From the NCBI RefSeq assembly GCF_001194135.2, contig NC_068993.1, positions 4,198,106-4,262,105 of the forward strand: a stretch of 64,000 bases of DNA, written 5' to 3'. The notes under the pieces are model-generated. The model was not told the origin of the DNA. It ran no database searches and saw only the letters and a program-made list of their open reading frames with translations. This DNA is from Octopus bimaculoides (Eukaryota). Positions 25,836 through 39,038 of this stretch are shown piece after piece. The translations under genes and the position numbers were made by a program. How positions within the stretch are numbered: position 1 is the first letter of the stretch; the number at the start of each line of letters is the position of its first letter.

Positions 25836-27707
25836 CATCGTCTTAACGTCTTTAAATATTGATGATAGTGATAAATGTAAACACACGTTTGTCTTTAGAA
25901 GCATTGAAATGTATTGTGAGATACAGATAGGGTAATAATTTATTTCCAAACGCAGAAACGCTGATAGAACAGCAGAGACAGGATAAAATATCCATATAAA
26001 GCAGAAAATTTTATCAGCGACCACATATAGCGTATTCTTCGTATAAAGAAATGGGACACGTTTTAAAGAATGTATGACTGCTATTTCTAGCAGGTCTACA
26101 GACCACGTAGAAGGAAACAGCAGCAAAACAACAACAAGGCAATCACTGATTCTCTCTCTAGATGTTTGTCATTGCAAATAGGAAGCAATTTGCTTTCCGC
26201 TATTTTATATTTGCCAAAAGAAAAAAAAATCCCCGATAGCTGAGCTGTTGTTGTTGACGACGACGACGATGATGATGATGATGATGATGGGGAGGAGGGG
26301 GAGGAGGAGGAGGAGAGGAAAGAATGAGGAAGAGAATCATGATGATAATGATGACTGTGACCATCACCATAATCATCATGATTGCGGTGGTGGGAGTGGT
26401 GTCGGTGGTTGTGGTGGAAGTGGTATCATCATCATCATCATCATCATCATCACGACCGTCATGGTCATGATGAGAAATAATCATGATGGTGGCGGCGTTT
26501 GCGTTAATCACCATCTAAGTTGTCGCCAGCATCATCTCAATAATTTCCCTTTGATCTTAAAACAGTTATTCTCACCCCCTTTTTTTAGCCCCAGGCACAT
26601 CTCCGCTCCCCCCCCCACGCTTCAACAGGTTTTTTCCTCTCTAAGATTGTTTGAGTCGAAGTATTTATTCTTAATAGTATATAATTAGTTAATTAATCGA
26701 ACTGTTTCTTTATAATAGAGACTCACCAATTTAATAACAAAAAAAAACGATGATGGATTTAAAATCTTTCATAAAAATAGAAGGGTTCTTTTTTGTATAT
26801 TTATAATTAATTACTCAACAGATTGAAGTTACTGTAGTATACCTCAATAAACGAAAAGAGCGTCCAATGAGTGTCTGTGTTAAATTCAGATTATTCTGCT
26901 GAAGATTGCAATCAATAGAAACCACGTGCTTTTACTTTTTTTTTTGCCAGTTAGTAGGTTTATGGAGCCGAGTTTAAAAGGGCAGAACGAATATTAGCTT
27001 AATCTAACTTCTTATTCGTTTTAACTTTCAACAAATTTGAAAAAAAAAAAAAGAAAAAAGAAAAATAGATTTACAAAGATATTTGGATACAAATAGAAGC
27101 GTTGGATGTATAATTCTTCCAGCCACTTTTGGATAGGAATTGCACGTTCATAGAAATATGTTCAGCAATTTCTCATTGAACATATCTTTTATAAACGAAT
27201 CATTCTTCAGTTTCAGGAATTCATCTTGACAATTACCAGGAACTTTTTCAACTGACAATCTAAAAGGATTTTACTCCAAATCCAACTCAATGTCGTTGGA
27301 TTCGGCAAAATATCTGTGGAATTAATTTTCTAGTGTTGTCAAGTGTTGCAAAATTTCATTTTTTTTTTTTTTTTTTTTTTTTGAAAATTTGGAAAGCACT
27401 TGGTCTTCACTGCCAGCAACAAGAATTGATGACGATATCTCAAATATTGCAGCATTTCTATATTTTTTTTTTATATATAATGTCATTTCTCTTCTAATTT
27501 TCCTGTTTGCTCTTAGATTTTACGATGTTTGTTTTTCTTTCCGTGCATGTGAAAAATTGAAGGTCCAATATATTTTGATGTTCAAAAATATTGAGCAAAT
27601 AAGCAACATACATAATTAGTCCCTCGTCATTAATCATAAAAAAATAGATGTTCCAACTTATCCTGAACTTGGAAAACTTATTTGATCCTATTTCAAAGCT
27701 CCAATAC

Positions 27708-27797
27708 TCGTTCAGTTACATTTCCGCTTGAAAAGTTCGTAGAATTTATATTTAAGAAAGAAGCGAACGGTCTTCCTCCGTGTAAAAAGATAACAAC
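27708..27797 (-). CDS. Candidate 90-nt exon (VVIFLHGGRPFASFLNINSTNFSSGNVTER)
   Basis: Acceptor gtgtcttttcag|, moderate donor CGA|gtattg, phase 0/0, open frame. Confidence 0.2.
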
Positions 27798-28217
27798 CTG
27801 AAAAGACACGAGTTAAAAGCTACTGTCTTAAGAAATTCACAATTCACGATGGTTTGATCTAAAATTCTCCGTACTGGTGCTCGAAGTGTTTTTGAAGACA
27901 ATACGAAGAATGTCTTTCAGTGTTGAAGCTCATTTATTTTCACACAAACTGGAAATCCGGATTTATTTCATAACATAGTTGATGTTCCACATGTACAGAA
28001 TTTATAAACATCACCCAACAAAAGATCTCTGATTCGATGAAAGATTTAACCCGTTTCCAAACTACAATGAAATTTGGTAATTGGTCCAAGAGGAAACAAA
28101 AACGGAACTTCTCTTTAAGTTAACCATTGTAAAGACATCTTGCAAACACCAGCCATTTGGAACACAATATTCTTTTCTACTCTCGGCACAAGGCCCGAAA
28201 TTTTGCGGGGGGGGGCC

Positions 28218-28292
28218 AGCGTTAAACTAATACACCTGTTTGTTGTTTACACACCTGTCTTCGTCTTTTGTTTTGTTTTTTGCAAATTCCAA

Positions 28293-28295
<3 letters not shown>
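28218..28295 (+). mobile_element. Family B repeat tail
   Basis: AGCGTTAAACTAATACACCTGTTTGTTGTTTACAC...TTCC then (TA)n; fused to a family 1 SINE tail at 28165-28217. Confidence 0.65.
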
Positions 28296-28334
<39 letters not shown>

Positions 28335-28452
28335 GCACATACATGCACGCGCATATACAACAATGCATAAAGTCTCCCCAAGTCTCTCTCTCTCTCTCTT
28401 ATATATATATTCAAATATATATATACATATATATATATACATACATATGTAT

Positions 28453-28523
<71 letters not shown>

Positions 28524-28653
28524 GATGCATAGATATAACCAGTGCATAAATTAGTTTTAAGAATACAAACACTGCGTAAATATTAAAATATAGACAGGAA
28601 CGCATGTATGCATGTATGCATGTATGTATGTATGTATGTATGTATGTATGTAC

Positions 28654-28687
<34 letters not shown>

Positions 28688-29439
28688 ACGTATGTTGGCA
28701 TGTAAGTACGTATCTATGTATACGATATCAAAATAACATTTTCTGAAAACTTTTCTGCAGAGATTTTTCTATCTTTTTAAATCTTATTTTATCCTTTTTT
28801 TTTTTTTTGCTTTTATTTCTAAATTTATTTATTTATTCATTTATTCATGGTACTTTAGAAGTTTCTAGAAGGAACCCAATTGCAAATATATTTAGCTTTA
28901 TCTCTGAACATTGATAAATTTTCAGAATGTTTACCATTGTCGTCAGGCTTAAGAAGATGTTGTATCTTAGAATTAGAGAAGAAGCGGGGAGGTATGGGTA
29001 GGCCAGGCTAATCCGCCAACAATCCTTGGAGACGCCTTTCTGAAGATTTCATCTTTGGTAGAAGTTGTTGCGAGGAATTCCGAACATCCGTCCAGCCCCT
29101 TCGGCAATCTAGTTTACCTGCTAACAGAGGCATGTAACATATTGTTTGTGTGTTTGTTTCTTTGTTACTGTTGTTGTTTTTTAATTTATACATCAATGGA
29201 GGAGGATTTTAGGGATGGGTGGTGTGGGTTATATGTTGTCTCCCAGAACACCCAGCCCCCACCCCCCATCTCCGCCTCATCCTATTCTTTCCCTCTCGCT
29301 ATCCCCCCCCCATCCTCACCTCTTTTTCTTTCTCTCTCTCTCTCCCTCTCTCTCTCTGTATTTCTTTCTTTCGATCAGTCGTTGAGAAGGACAAAGGGTT
29401 TGGGGGAGATTGAACTAAAACTAAAGACTAATGTGATTC

Positions 29440-30063
29440 GTCTACAAGAACAAGAGCATGACGGAACAATGGTGGTGGTGGTGGTGGTAGCGGCAGTGGT
29501 GGTGGTGGTGGTGGCAATGGTGGCAGTGGTGGTGGTGATAGTGGCGGTGGTGGTGAGGTTTGTGCTGGTCTTTGTTACAATGGAGAGAGGGTAATAGTAG
29601 TAAAGCACTAACGTGGTTCTTGTGGCGATGATAGTGGAGAGATTAATTCGAGGAGGGGGAGGAAGAGGAGGAGGGGGAGGAAAAGAAGGCGAAGAAATGA
29701 AGAAGGGGCGGAAATCGGAGAGAAAGAAGAAGAGGAGGAGGAGAGGAAGTTGCTGACGGTGGATTTAGTGGTTAATTGATAATATTTTTCTCCAAATGAG
29801 AAGGGAAGATGATGATGATGATGATGGTGGAGGAGGAAGCGGTGATGAATGATGATGATGATGATGATGATAGCGGCAGCGATGGCGACAGTGATAATGA
29901 TGACGACGACGGAAATAAGATTGATGACAGTATCAATAATCATAATGAAGGTATCGAACAAATTAGGTATGACGATGATGATGACGACGACGACAATGAC
30001 GACGACTATGATGATGATGATGTCGGTGATAACGATGATGATGCATCTGGTGATTATCATCAC

Positions 30064-30117
<54 letters not shown>
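29440..30117. repeat. GGT/GAT/GAC/TAT triplet mosaic and purine-rich tract
   Basis: Read directly from the sequence. Confidence 0.9.
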
Positions 30118-30118
<1 letters not shown>

Positions 30119-30774
30119 GTATAATTATTATTTTGGCGTTAAACATATTAAATTACTAAATTACAGGGTTTTTTTCCTCATTGCTTTTCATTTTTTTTTC
30201 TTCTTCAGCAAACTAAAATATTTTTTGTTTTGCTGAAGTTGTATTTGTTTTCTTTTTATTTTGTTATAATCAATGCTATGGTTGTTGTTGTTCTTCTTCT
30301 TCTTGTGCATATATTTGTTATTGTAGTTCTTGCCGTTGCTGTTGTTATGTTTATTATTGCTGTGTGGTTGATGGGAAGCGTTGCCTTGGCCAAAAGTTGG
30401 ATTCTGCTAAAGCAATATTTACTTTCCGCCACCAACACCCACACAAGGCTGTTCCTCCAACAACTGCTGCCGCCATTCTCACCGCAGTCATCCGAGCTAC
30501 GGAAACATTTCCAAGATATCATCAACTCTGCACGTGTGCGTGTGCACGTGTGCGTGTGCACGTGTGTGTGTGTTATTTGTCTTATAATCAACTGGAACCA
30601 GATTCCTTGATGTATTTGATGAGTTCGCTTTCTTTGTTTTCTGCAAGACTTCTTTCTTCCCCCCATTTTGTTGTCTCTCACGGAAATGTCTTTACTCTTA
30701 ATAGCAAAGAACTTAAGACATCTAGCAAATCCCTAAGTATATGCATGTACATAGATCCCCACCTGTACGTAAGT

Positions 30775-30990
30775 AAGTAGTAGTAGTAGTAGTAGTAGTA
30801 GTAGCAATAGCAGCATGGGGACATGCGCTGTAACAGCACGTCGCTGCATCCACCATCTGTTGGGGATTCCATACTAATTCTCGTGGTTGACAATCTAGCA
30901 CCACTCAGGCGAAAGCTCTCCAGCCCATGGGTCTGTTTGGGCACTCGTTGATGGTGAGAATTTTTCGAGGTCAGATGGCAGATCCTACCT
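30775..30990 (-). mobile_element. Possible LINE 3'-end remnant with (TAC)n tail
   Basis: Unique GC-richer segment ending in (TAC)n on the minus strand; only vague peptide resemblance. Confidence 0.25.
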
Positions 30991-32054
30991 AAACCTTATT
31001 TAGTCGCCTTCTGCGACACACAGCGAAAACATAGGGCCTATATTTTGGCATGCCAATCACCACACAGCACAATAAGTGTGCCTGAATATAATTTCAAATT
31101 TGTTGCCATACATGCATGTTTGTATTTTAACAAAGATTTTACACTGGTCTATCACTGGTGTATCTTAATTCTTCTTTTATTTCTGTTTTACTCTGTGCCT
31201 CCTCCTCGGTTTACCTCCACTGTGAGCTCTATATCATCTGTATGATGTGGAAAATATTCCATCAACATTGCTCATCTTTAAAATTCGTCCGAAGCTGATA
31301 TCTTAACATATCTGATGGTCTTAAGTATAAAAAAACAAAATTATTAAAGATTTATATAGAACTACATTCAGAGTATGTCCATAAGCTATTGTGTTTAGAC
31401 CTGGTTTCTATCCTCAATCTGTTCCGTTTTGTAGACGCAATTTTTTTTATTTTTTTTTTTATGAAGCACTCCGAAATTAGAAAAATCAAAAACCAACATA
31501 TGCATATTTCACGGAGCTTGTATGATTCATTCATTATATAATTATTATGATGACAGACAAGTCTGAATGTAACAATGAAAAAAAAAAAAGCTGGATCAGA
31601 TTCAGTGCCTTGTGGTATTTAGTGATCCATCTTTAGTTTCTAAGATCAAATTTCTATGAGATATACAAAAAATTCACAAAGTGGAATAAATTATTTTGCT
31701 TCAAGTAAAACGAGAAGTTTGACATTTCAAGCAGAAAAATCTCCCCCCGACAAGAGATTAAATGTTCATTAGTAGTTCTGTTCCTCCTTGGCGGAATACA
31801 TTTACCATTCTCTCCAAAAAATATTTGGTGCAGGTCGGTGGGTCGTGCCAAAGTTAAGTATCGTGTTCTCTGTAGATCATGGCTATGAGCTCCTGTCTTT
31901 GAAATTCCAGGACAACAAAAACGAAAGTTTCTATTACAATAAACGACGGCTGTGTTTCTACGACTGTTCTTTTAGTCTCTCAGTTTTTCATATTTCTTAC
32001 TTTTTTGTATAACTAATCTTCTGCTGTTGTTGGTGGTGGTAGCAACAATTGTCT

Positions 32055-32111
32055 TTCTTCTTCTTCTTCTTCTTCTTCTTCTTCTTCTTCTTCTTCTTCT
32101 TCTTCTTCTTC

Positions 32112-32143
<32 letters not shown>

Positions 32144-32207
32144 CTTCTTCTTCTTCTTCTTCTTCTTCTTCTTCTTCTTCTTCTTCTTCTTCTTCTTCTT
32201 CTTCTTC
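32055..32207. repeat. (TTC)n/(GAA)n microsatellite, about 50 units
   Basis: Nearly pure tract with one interruption near 32112. Confidence 0.95.
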
Positions 32208-33799
32208 TTTCCTTCCTCCCTTCTTCAGGTGTTGTAGACCTACAATCAAAATAATTCCGTTTATATAACCAAGCCGTCATTTTCCTCACTCCAAGACATA
32301 AATGTGTCCAATGCATTCTTCTCTTTGTAACAGTGGTGTGCCATTTGAGGAAATTTTAGCTGCGATTTTTAACTAGTGATGTTAATACTGACATCGGCAT
32401 TTGGATTGTCGTCGCTTTTGTGAGACGGGGATGGACGAATGCTGAATGTAGAAGCGATTTACAATAACGTGTGGTGTGGGTCTGGTGAAGAGTGCATTAC
32501 CTTATATGTTCTGATGACCTCCGAGGGTCACGTTGCTATCAAGGAGTTATACATTCAGACAACGAAGAGAAAAATTGATCTCGTTGAAAAAATAATGTTT
32601 CACAATTTAAAAGGGCCAAAAGGGGGCAACGTGAAGCAGCCATTGTATTGTCCTTTGAAAATACTACGACAAACACTCACTATTTCTCATGAAAGACACC
32701 AAGAACCGTGTCGTTGACCTTGACGGTTAGAAAAAACGAAACTAAATACGAATGTAAAAGATGGCAAGACAAGTAGTACTCTAAGAAGGTGAAGACCGAG
32801 TACTAGGTACACGTAGAAGATAGATTACGTTTGAAAGCCATACGAATAATGTACCTGTAGATAAGGGGTTACTATCAATAGAAATCAAGACTCTTCACAT
32901 GGTCTAATTCCAAAGACAAGCGTCACTATCAACCGAAAGATTCTTAGCAGGTCATCTCAGGCTGAAGGTATGGTTATATTTGGGGGACTTTGGCGGACGG
33001 TTATCAGAGTTGCGAAGTTCCACCTGAGTGAGTTTTTCTATCTGTGTGTGGTTAATTGTTCTTAACTACTTATTTTACTCTTTAATTGTTTATTTACAAA
33101 ATGTTACACCTGTTTCATTGTCTTTACAGATTTGCTCCAGCCTTCGTCTATTATGGATATATCTACTTCTGCGCGTGTTTTATAACCCTTTCATACGAAA
33201 CATTATATTTCGTAAAACATGCCATGCCAAACTGCTGTCAGTGCTTTGAATTATCTATATCGCTTTCACCTTGTCAGTTTTGTCAGGTGTTGATCTTACA
33301 CGGGATTTTTCTTGACATCGCCTTAGCTTCATGTTTTATAGCCCCATTTTTAGCTTAGCTTAGTTTTTAAGCCTTTCCTGATTTCTTTTATAGTTTCTCC
33401 TTTCTCCTCGTAACTATCATTTTAGTCTATGTTTTCTTGTTGTTGTCTTCAATGAACACAGCAAGCAGTTTTGTTTTATTCGTGCTTCGTAGCTACTCAC
33501 ATTAGTTTTCCATAAGCCTTTGCAAGATATATTCGCATTCATACAATATTCCTACTTGTGTAATATCTCTAACACTCAATATTCGTCTCCCTATGTAATA
33601 ACATTTAGTCTTTCTATAAAAGATTTTGTGTGGCGTCTTCTAAACACCGTATTTATTTTCCATCCAGTCTTGCTGGTTTTTCAGCGTCGAATTAACAATA
33701 TTATCGCTAAAACTGATTACCGTAATAATCAAAAGTATTGGAGCCTCTTGCTTTCTTGTATTTTTTTTAAAATCTATTTTGCCCCGTTCTTTTTTTTTT

Positions 33800-34010
33800 C
33801 AGCCATTTGACTACGGTCAGGCTTGAGCACCGCCTTTAGTCGAACAAGTCGCCCCCCCCCCTCACCAAGAATTATTCTTTGTAAGCCTAGTACTTATTCT
33901 ATTGGATTCTTTTGCCGAACCGCTAAGTTACGGGGACGTAAACACAACAGCATCGGTTGTCAAGCGATGGTGCGGCAACAAACACAGACACACACACACA
34001 CACACACACA
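33800..34010 (-). mobile_element. SINE family 2, 3' half, CpG-intact
   Basis: GAGCACCGCC...GTAAGCCTAGTACTTATTC...GCCGAACCGCTAAGTTACGGGGACG...GTCAAGCG. Confidence 0.85.
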
Positions 34011-34029
34011 TATAAACTGAAAGAAGACT

Positions 34030-34217
34030 GCTTTTGGGGGAAGGGGCCAGTCGATTATATCGACCCCCGTACGCAACTGGTACTTAATTTATCGACCTCG
34101 AAAGGATGAAAGCAAAGTCGATCTCGGCGGAATTTGAACTCAGAACGTAAAGTTAAACGAAATACCGCTAAGCATTTCGCCCGGTGTGCTAACGTTTCTG
34201 CCAGCTCGTCGCCTTAG
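34030..34217 (-). mobile_element. SINE family 1, near full length
   Basis: ...GGCGGAATTTGAACTCAGAACG...TTCTGCCAGCTCGTCGCC. Confidence 0.9.
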
Positions 34218-34221
34218 ACCT

Positions 34222-34392
34222 TTAGCAGCATTTCGTCCGTCTTAACGAACTGAGTTCAAATTCCATCGAGGTTGACTTTGCCTTTCATTCTTTCGGGGCT
34301 CATGAAATAAGTACCAGTTGTGCACTTGGGTTGATGTAATCGACTAGCCCCCACCCTCAAAATTTCGGGCCTTGTGCGTATAATAGAAAGGG
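34222..34392 (+). mobile_element. SINE family 1, 5'-truncated, inverted relative to its neighbour
   Basis: TTAGCAGCATTTCG...GAGTTCAAATTCC...ATAAGTACCAG...GGGCCTTGTGC then (ATT)n. Confidence 0.9.
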
Positions 34393-34411
34393 TTATTATT
34401 ATTATTATTAT

Positions 34412-34449
<38 letters not shown>

Positions 34450-35337
34450 TAGGATTGGATTTGCATGTGTCCTAATCAAGGCAATTAGGTCTGTACGTTT
34501 CATCTAAGCCTTTCCTTTTGTTCGGCTAATTTTCCTAATTAGCTTTTCATGAAAGGATAAGGCTTTAAAAACGCAGACTTATTTTATTCTTTTATTTATT
34601 CATTCTATCGTTGTTGTTGTTGTTGGTGGTGGTGGTGGTGGTGATGATGATGATGATGTTATTGTTGTTTCCTCTTTCTGTCAGAACCGTTACATATCAT
34701 TACTGCAAGACTGGGTGACGCTGCCAAACTGTCCCAACCCACCCCAGAACATCTTCATACTAATGATAATTAAATTACTGATAATAATGCAGAATGAAAC
34801 AACCCAGAATAAACTGCTCACTGCAAGTGCCTATAACTAATGTGAAATAATGGTTTCTTTGATTTTAAGTGCTGGTTGAAAGACTACCACGACGAAGAGT
34901 CTTCCATTATCACTTAGATATCAACAGCATTTATGTCACTGTATGAACAGATTTGATTTTCTCTTTTCACGGTTAGATGACATCTTGCGATGTTTTTCTC
35001 CTCTCTGCTTCTTCACTTTCGATTTCTCTGTGAATATCTGTGAGGTTTGTAATATGAGTATGTCACATATGTCTCACACATCATCGAAACGAGACTAACA
35101 CTCCGCAGATTTGCAATTACGTTGCACACGTATTATATTTCTGAACTACATAACCATTCTTACATTCAGCTACGTGGACGAGAAATAGTAAAGCTTCGAA
35201 GCATTAAAACTGAAACACATGTTTTATCAAAAAACAGCAAAGGAGGGAAGCAATGTGTGATATTAATTATTTGGTTTATTTTTATTGCTAGGGCAATGCA
35301 GGTGTATGTGGTGCAGTTTGGGTAATATCTGCATCAA

Positions 35338-35470
35338 AGGGTGGCGAGCTGGCAGAATCGTTAGCGTGCCGAGCGAAATGCTTAGTGGTATTTCGTCTGC
35401 CGTTACGTTTTGAGTTCAAATTCTGCCGAGGTCAACTTTAACTTTCATCCTTTCGGGATCGATAAATTCA
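35338..35470 (+). mobile_element. SINE family 1, 5' part, CpG-intact
   Basis: GTGGCGAGCTGGCAGAATCGTTAGCG...GAGTTCAAATTC...CGATAAATT. Confidence 0.9.
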
Positions 35471-35767
35471 ACGCTCTAATCACTGAGCCATGCGTCTTCA
35501 CGCCGCCCTAGAAGGCAGAGATTATTGCCATCATCAGAGATTACTGAATGTGGCGTAATTATTTTTTTCCTTTTTGAGAGCTAGTCACAGATTGTTATGC
35601 ACCGACTATTTTGTCCTATTTCTCTCCCGGTGTGTATAAATTATTGCTTTTCTTTTTCATTTAAAGACCAAACATAGAAAACACTAAGCAAAGCAATAAT
35701 CAAACACAATTAACAAACACACAAAAAAAACTGTAAGTAGGGGAGTCAATCACAATTGAGAACAATT

Positions 35768-35846
35768 GAGAGTATATCAGCCGAAATGCTGTGTTAACAA
35801 CAAAGATGAGGACAAATATCCGTCAAATGTAAATAATGTAAATAAG
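35768..35846 (+). mobile_element. Family A tail fragment (hammerhead 5' half missing)
   Basis: GTATATCAGCCGAAATGCTGTGTTAACAAC...GATGAGGACAAATATCCGTCAAATGTAAATAAT. Confidence 0.8.
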
Positions 35847-35889
35847 AAATTCTTTCTGTTTACTTTCCATTCATAACTTTATCAAAAAT

Positions 35890-36006
35890 GTAACCCTTTC
35901 TTGCTGGTTATGGTTCACAGGTCTCCTGGTAGATTCAGGCACATTTGGTGAAGAACGGAAATTGAATCTAGATTCACACAGGCTGGTTATAATCCTTAAG
36001 GGTTAA
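35890..36006. mobile_element. Possible piggyBac-type MITE remnant
   Basis: Ends TAACCCTT...AAGGGTTAA; left TTAA imperfect. Confidence 0.3.
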
Positions 36007-37149
36007 ATATATAAATGTAAAATAATAAAGCTCTTGGTATACTTAATAGAATATAGCTTGTGTTTTTTTAAGTGTTGATAAATAATTTTCTTCTGAAAAA
36101 CGATTTCGATAAAGAAATAATTTAGCTTTTTGTTACATGCCTTGAAATACCATTTCCCACCACCAGGGTGAGCAGCTACCCCAGGTTAAGAACATCTGTG
36201 CTAAAGCTTTCTTTCTTAAATATTCTTTTTACATTTTCTTCCTTTTTACCATTTTACGTCTACGATGCAGCCTGGTATGCAATATAAAAAGAATTGTATA
36301 ACATTTTATTACTTTAGCATTAATATTCTTAAAATCAACATTAAAGAAAAGAAATCCGGTAAGAATATAAATTGTGAATAACGATAAAATATGTTTCAAC
36401 CTTAAGCAATTTTCTCACTAGAACACCCCGAATTTCTCTTTGGTTATGAATTAATGTTCGAGACAATGTGAAAGTTCTTTGATGCTTGGAGATATAAGAA
36501 ATTATTGTTGGCCTAGTCTTGTTGTTCTATATCTGAGAAAGGATAGTCAAAATGTCTGCATTGTTTAGTAAAGGTCAACAACTGAATTCCCTTCAGATCG
36601 CTTTATCAGCAGACTTGCTGCATTTTCGATCGATGATTACATTACTTCATGATGATACACAGCAATGATGGAGGTCATATTTTGATGGATCATCTCTGTA
36701 TTCCCTCTTCTTTAATAACTATCACATAAAAAGATTGCCTCTAGACTGGAAGCATTCCACAAAGGGTGCAATAGATGAATAGATGGCACTGGAAGTCATG
36801 TATATAGCTTTGTATATAATTCCTTTGTCTAGATCACTGAATTTGATATTTCTGAGTTGAGTTCCTATGTGCATATGTGTGCGTGTATGTGGTTGTGTGT
36901 GTGTGTGTGTGTGTGTATTTAACAGCATTAAATTAAAATCGACATATGTACATCATACAAAATGTATATACGCCATAGAAAGACATGATTTCGTTCTGTT
37001 TCATATGTGTCCACCGAGTTGGTTTTGCAACCGGAAAGCTTTCTGCAGAACCAGTGAATGTATCGTATCAAAGCACGAATTTTGTTTTGGGGGAGAGTCA
37101 TTCTCTTTTAGTGCCTCCTCCAGAAACAACAGTATATATATGTATGCGC

Positions 37150-37181
<32 letters not shown>

Positions 37182-37524
37182 NNNNNNNNNNNNNNNNNNN
37201 NNNNNNNNNNNNNNNNNNNNNNNNNNNNNNNNNNNNNNNNNNNNNNNNNNNNNNNNNNNNNNNNNNNNNNNNNNNNNNNNNNNNNNNNNNNNNNNNNNNN
37301 NNNNNNNNNNNNNNNNNNNNNNNNNNNNNNNNNNNNNNNNNNNNNNNNNNNNNNNNNNNNNNNNNNNNNNNNNNNNNNNNNNNNNNNNNNNNNNNNNNNN
37401 NNNNNNNNNNNNNNNNNNNNNNNNNNNNNNNNNNNNNNNNNNNNNNNNNNNNNNNNNNNNNNNNNNNNNNNNNNNNNNNNNNNNNNNNNNNNNNNNNNNN
37501 NNNNNNNNNNNNNNNNNATATATA

Positions 37525-37556
<32 letters not shown>

Positions 37557-37819
37557 AATAATCTTGTGTTTCCTCTCAAAAGTGTAAAGTGCAAAATATA
37601 CACTCACGTTAGAAGTTATGTAGAGTCAGATGTTTATTCAAATTGTTGAACTGAATTCATTTCCTTGTGCCTAAAGAATTGGTGTGGCTGTCGTTAAGCA
37701 AACGCACACTTCAGTGAGCAGGAAATAATGTATTTCGGACTCACAGCTTTAATTATTGTCGACTGTAAAAAACATTCCCTTTGGGCATAAGGATTCATTT
37801 TAGAAACAATTACAACACC

Positions 37820-37856
<37 letters not shown>

Positions 37857-38009
37857 TGTATATGTGTGTATGTACGTGTGTATATAGAAATATGTGTGTA
37901 TGTACGTGCGTATATAGAAATATATATGTATGTAAGCATGTATATAATTATGAATGTATATATACATATGTATACATATATACACAAACATATTCTTTTA
38001 TTCTTTTAC

Positions 38010-38180
38010 TTATTTAAGTTATTTGACTGTGGCCATGCTGGAGCACCGTCTTTAGTTGAAGAAATCGACCCTGCGACTTATTCTTTGTAAGCCTAGCACT
38101 TATTCTATCGGTCTCTTTTTGCTGAACCGCTATGTTAGGGGGACGTAAACACACCAACATCGGTTGTCAAATGATTGTGG
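38010..38180 (-). mobile_element. SINE family 2, 3' half
   Basis: GACTGTGGCCATGCTGGAGCACCG...GTAAGCCTAG...GAACCGCTA...CGGTTGTCAA. Confidence 0.85.
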
Positions 38181-38184
38181 GATA

Positions 38185-38315
38185 TCCATTACAAACTCGA
38201 CGACAGCCAGCCGTCGGATGTGGTCAGTATTCATAAGGGACGTGATGAACTTGTTGGTCAGAGCTGGCTTGACCCACCCTGGGTGAATACTGACGTCAGC
38301 ACAAGAACAAGTAAC
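38185..38315 (+). mobile_element. RTE-clade LINE 3' terminus
   Basis: Frame ...SRRMWSVFIRDVMNLLVRAGLTHPG* then GAATACTGACG..CAAGAACAAGT; resembles RTE C-termini of the form WSASIRDVVNSIGDAGSTRPG* with a (TACAAG)n tail (from memory). Confidence 0.6.
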
Positions 38316-39000
38316 ATATTTATTTAGCAATCTAACGAATTCATTCTCAAATCGAATTTAACCTCACTCTCATGCGTCTCCTCCACATGTGTGTGTGTAA
38401 TATCCTGTTATTGGCAGCTACAGGTCTGTCTTTTAGTAGTCTTCCATCTTTTTGTGTCCCCATCTCTCTTCCTGCAATTTTCCTTCTGCTTCTTCGTTAT
38501 CTGGCAGAGATTCATTTACCCTAACATTTTGTCCCTTTTGTGTTCTTCTGTCTCCACTTTTTTCTCTTATGTCTCACCGTCTTCTTCTCTGTCTCTGTAC
38601 CCCTCTGTCTCCCTCAGTCTCTGTCTGTTACTCTCTTCCTACTCTCTTACTCTCTCTCTCTCTCTCTTTCATTTTGGATGAATGCATATATGTATCTACC
38701 TATCTATTTATCTAGCTTATTCCTCTTTCTCTTCCACCCTCACTCTCTGATGTCTCTCACACGCCTCTCTCCTCTTCTTTCTCTCTCTCATCTGTGTATG
38801 TGTGCATATATGAGATGACCTACCTCACTCTCTTTTCCACATCTATCCTTTCTTTCTCCCTCTCTTTTCCCTCACTGCCATTCTCCCTACCTCTCTCTCC
38901 TTGATCTCTCTTCCCCGCCATTTCACTTTCTGCATGGTGCGTCTCTCCAATAATCTCAAGCAACAAATCCTTACTCATATCTCTTTCCTGTATTCTATTT

Positions 39001-39038
<38 letters not shown>

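Noticed and set aside
31945-32235. Minus-strand ACACCTGAAGAAGG and GAAACACAGCCGTC as possible hammerhead halves split by (GAA)n
   Set aside because: The halves are about 250 bp apart with unrelated sequence between them, and the helices do not pair.
32013-32316. Poly-E / poly-R / poly-L / poly-F ORFs
   Set aside because: All derive from the (TTC)n tract.
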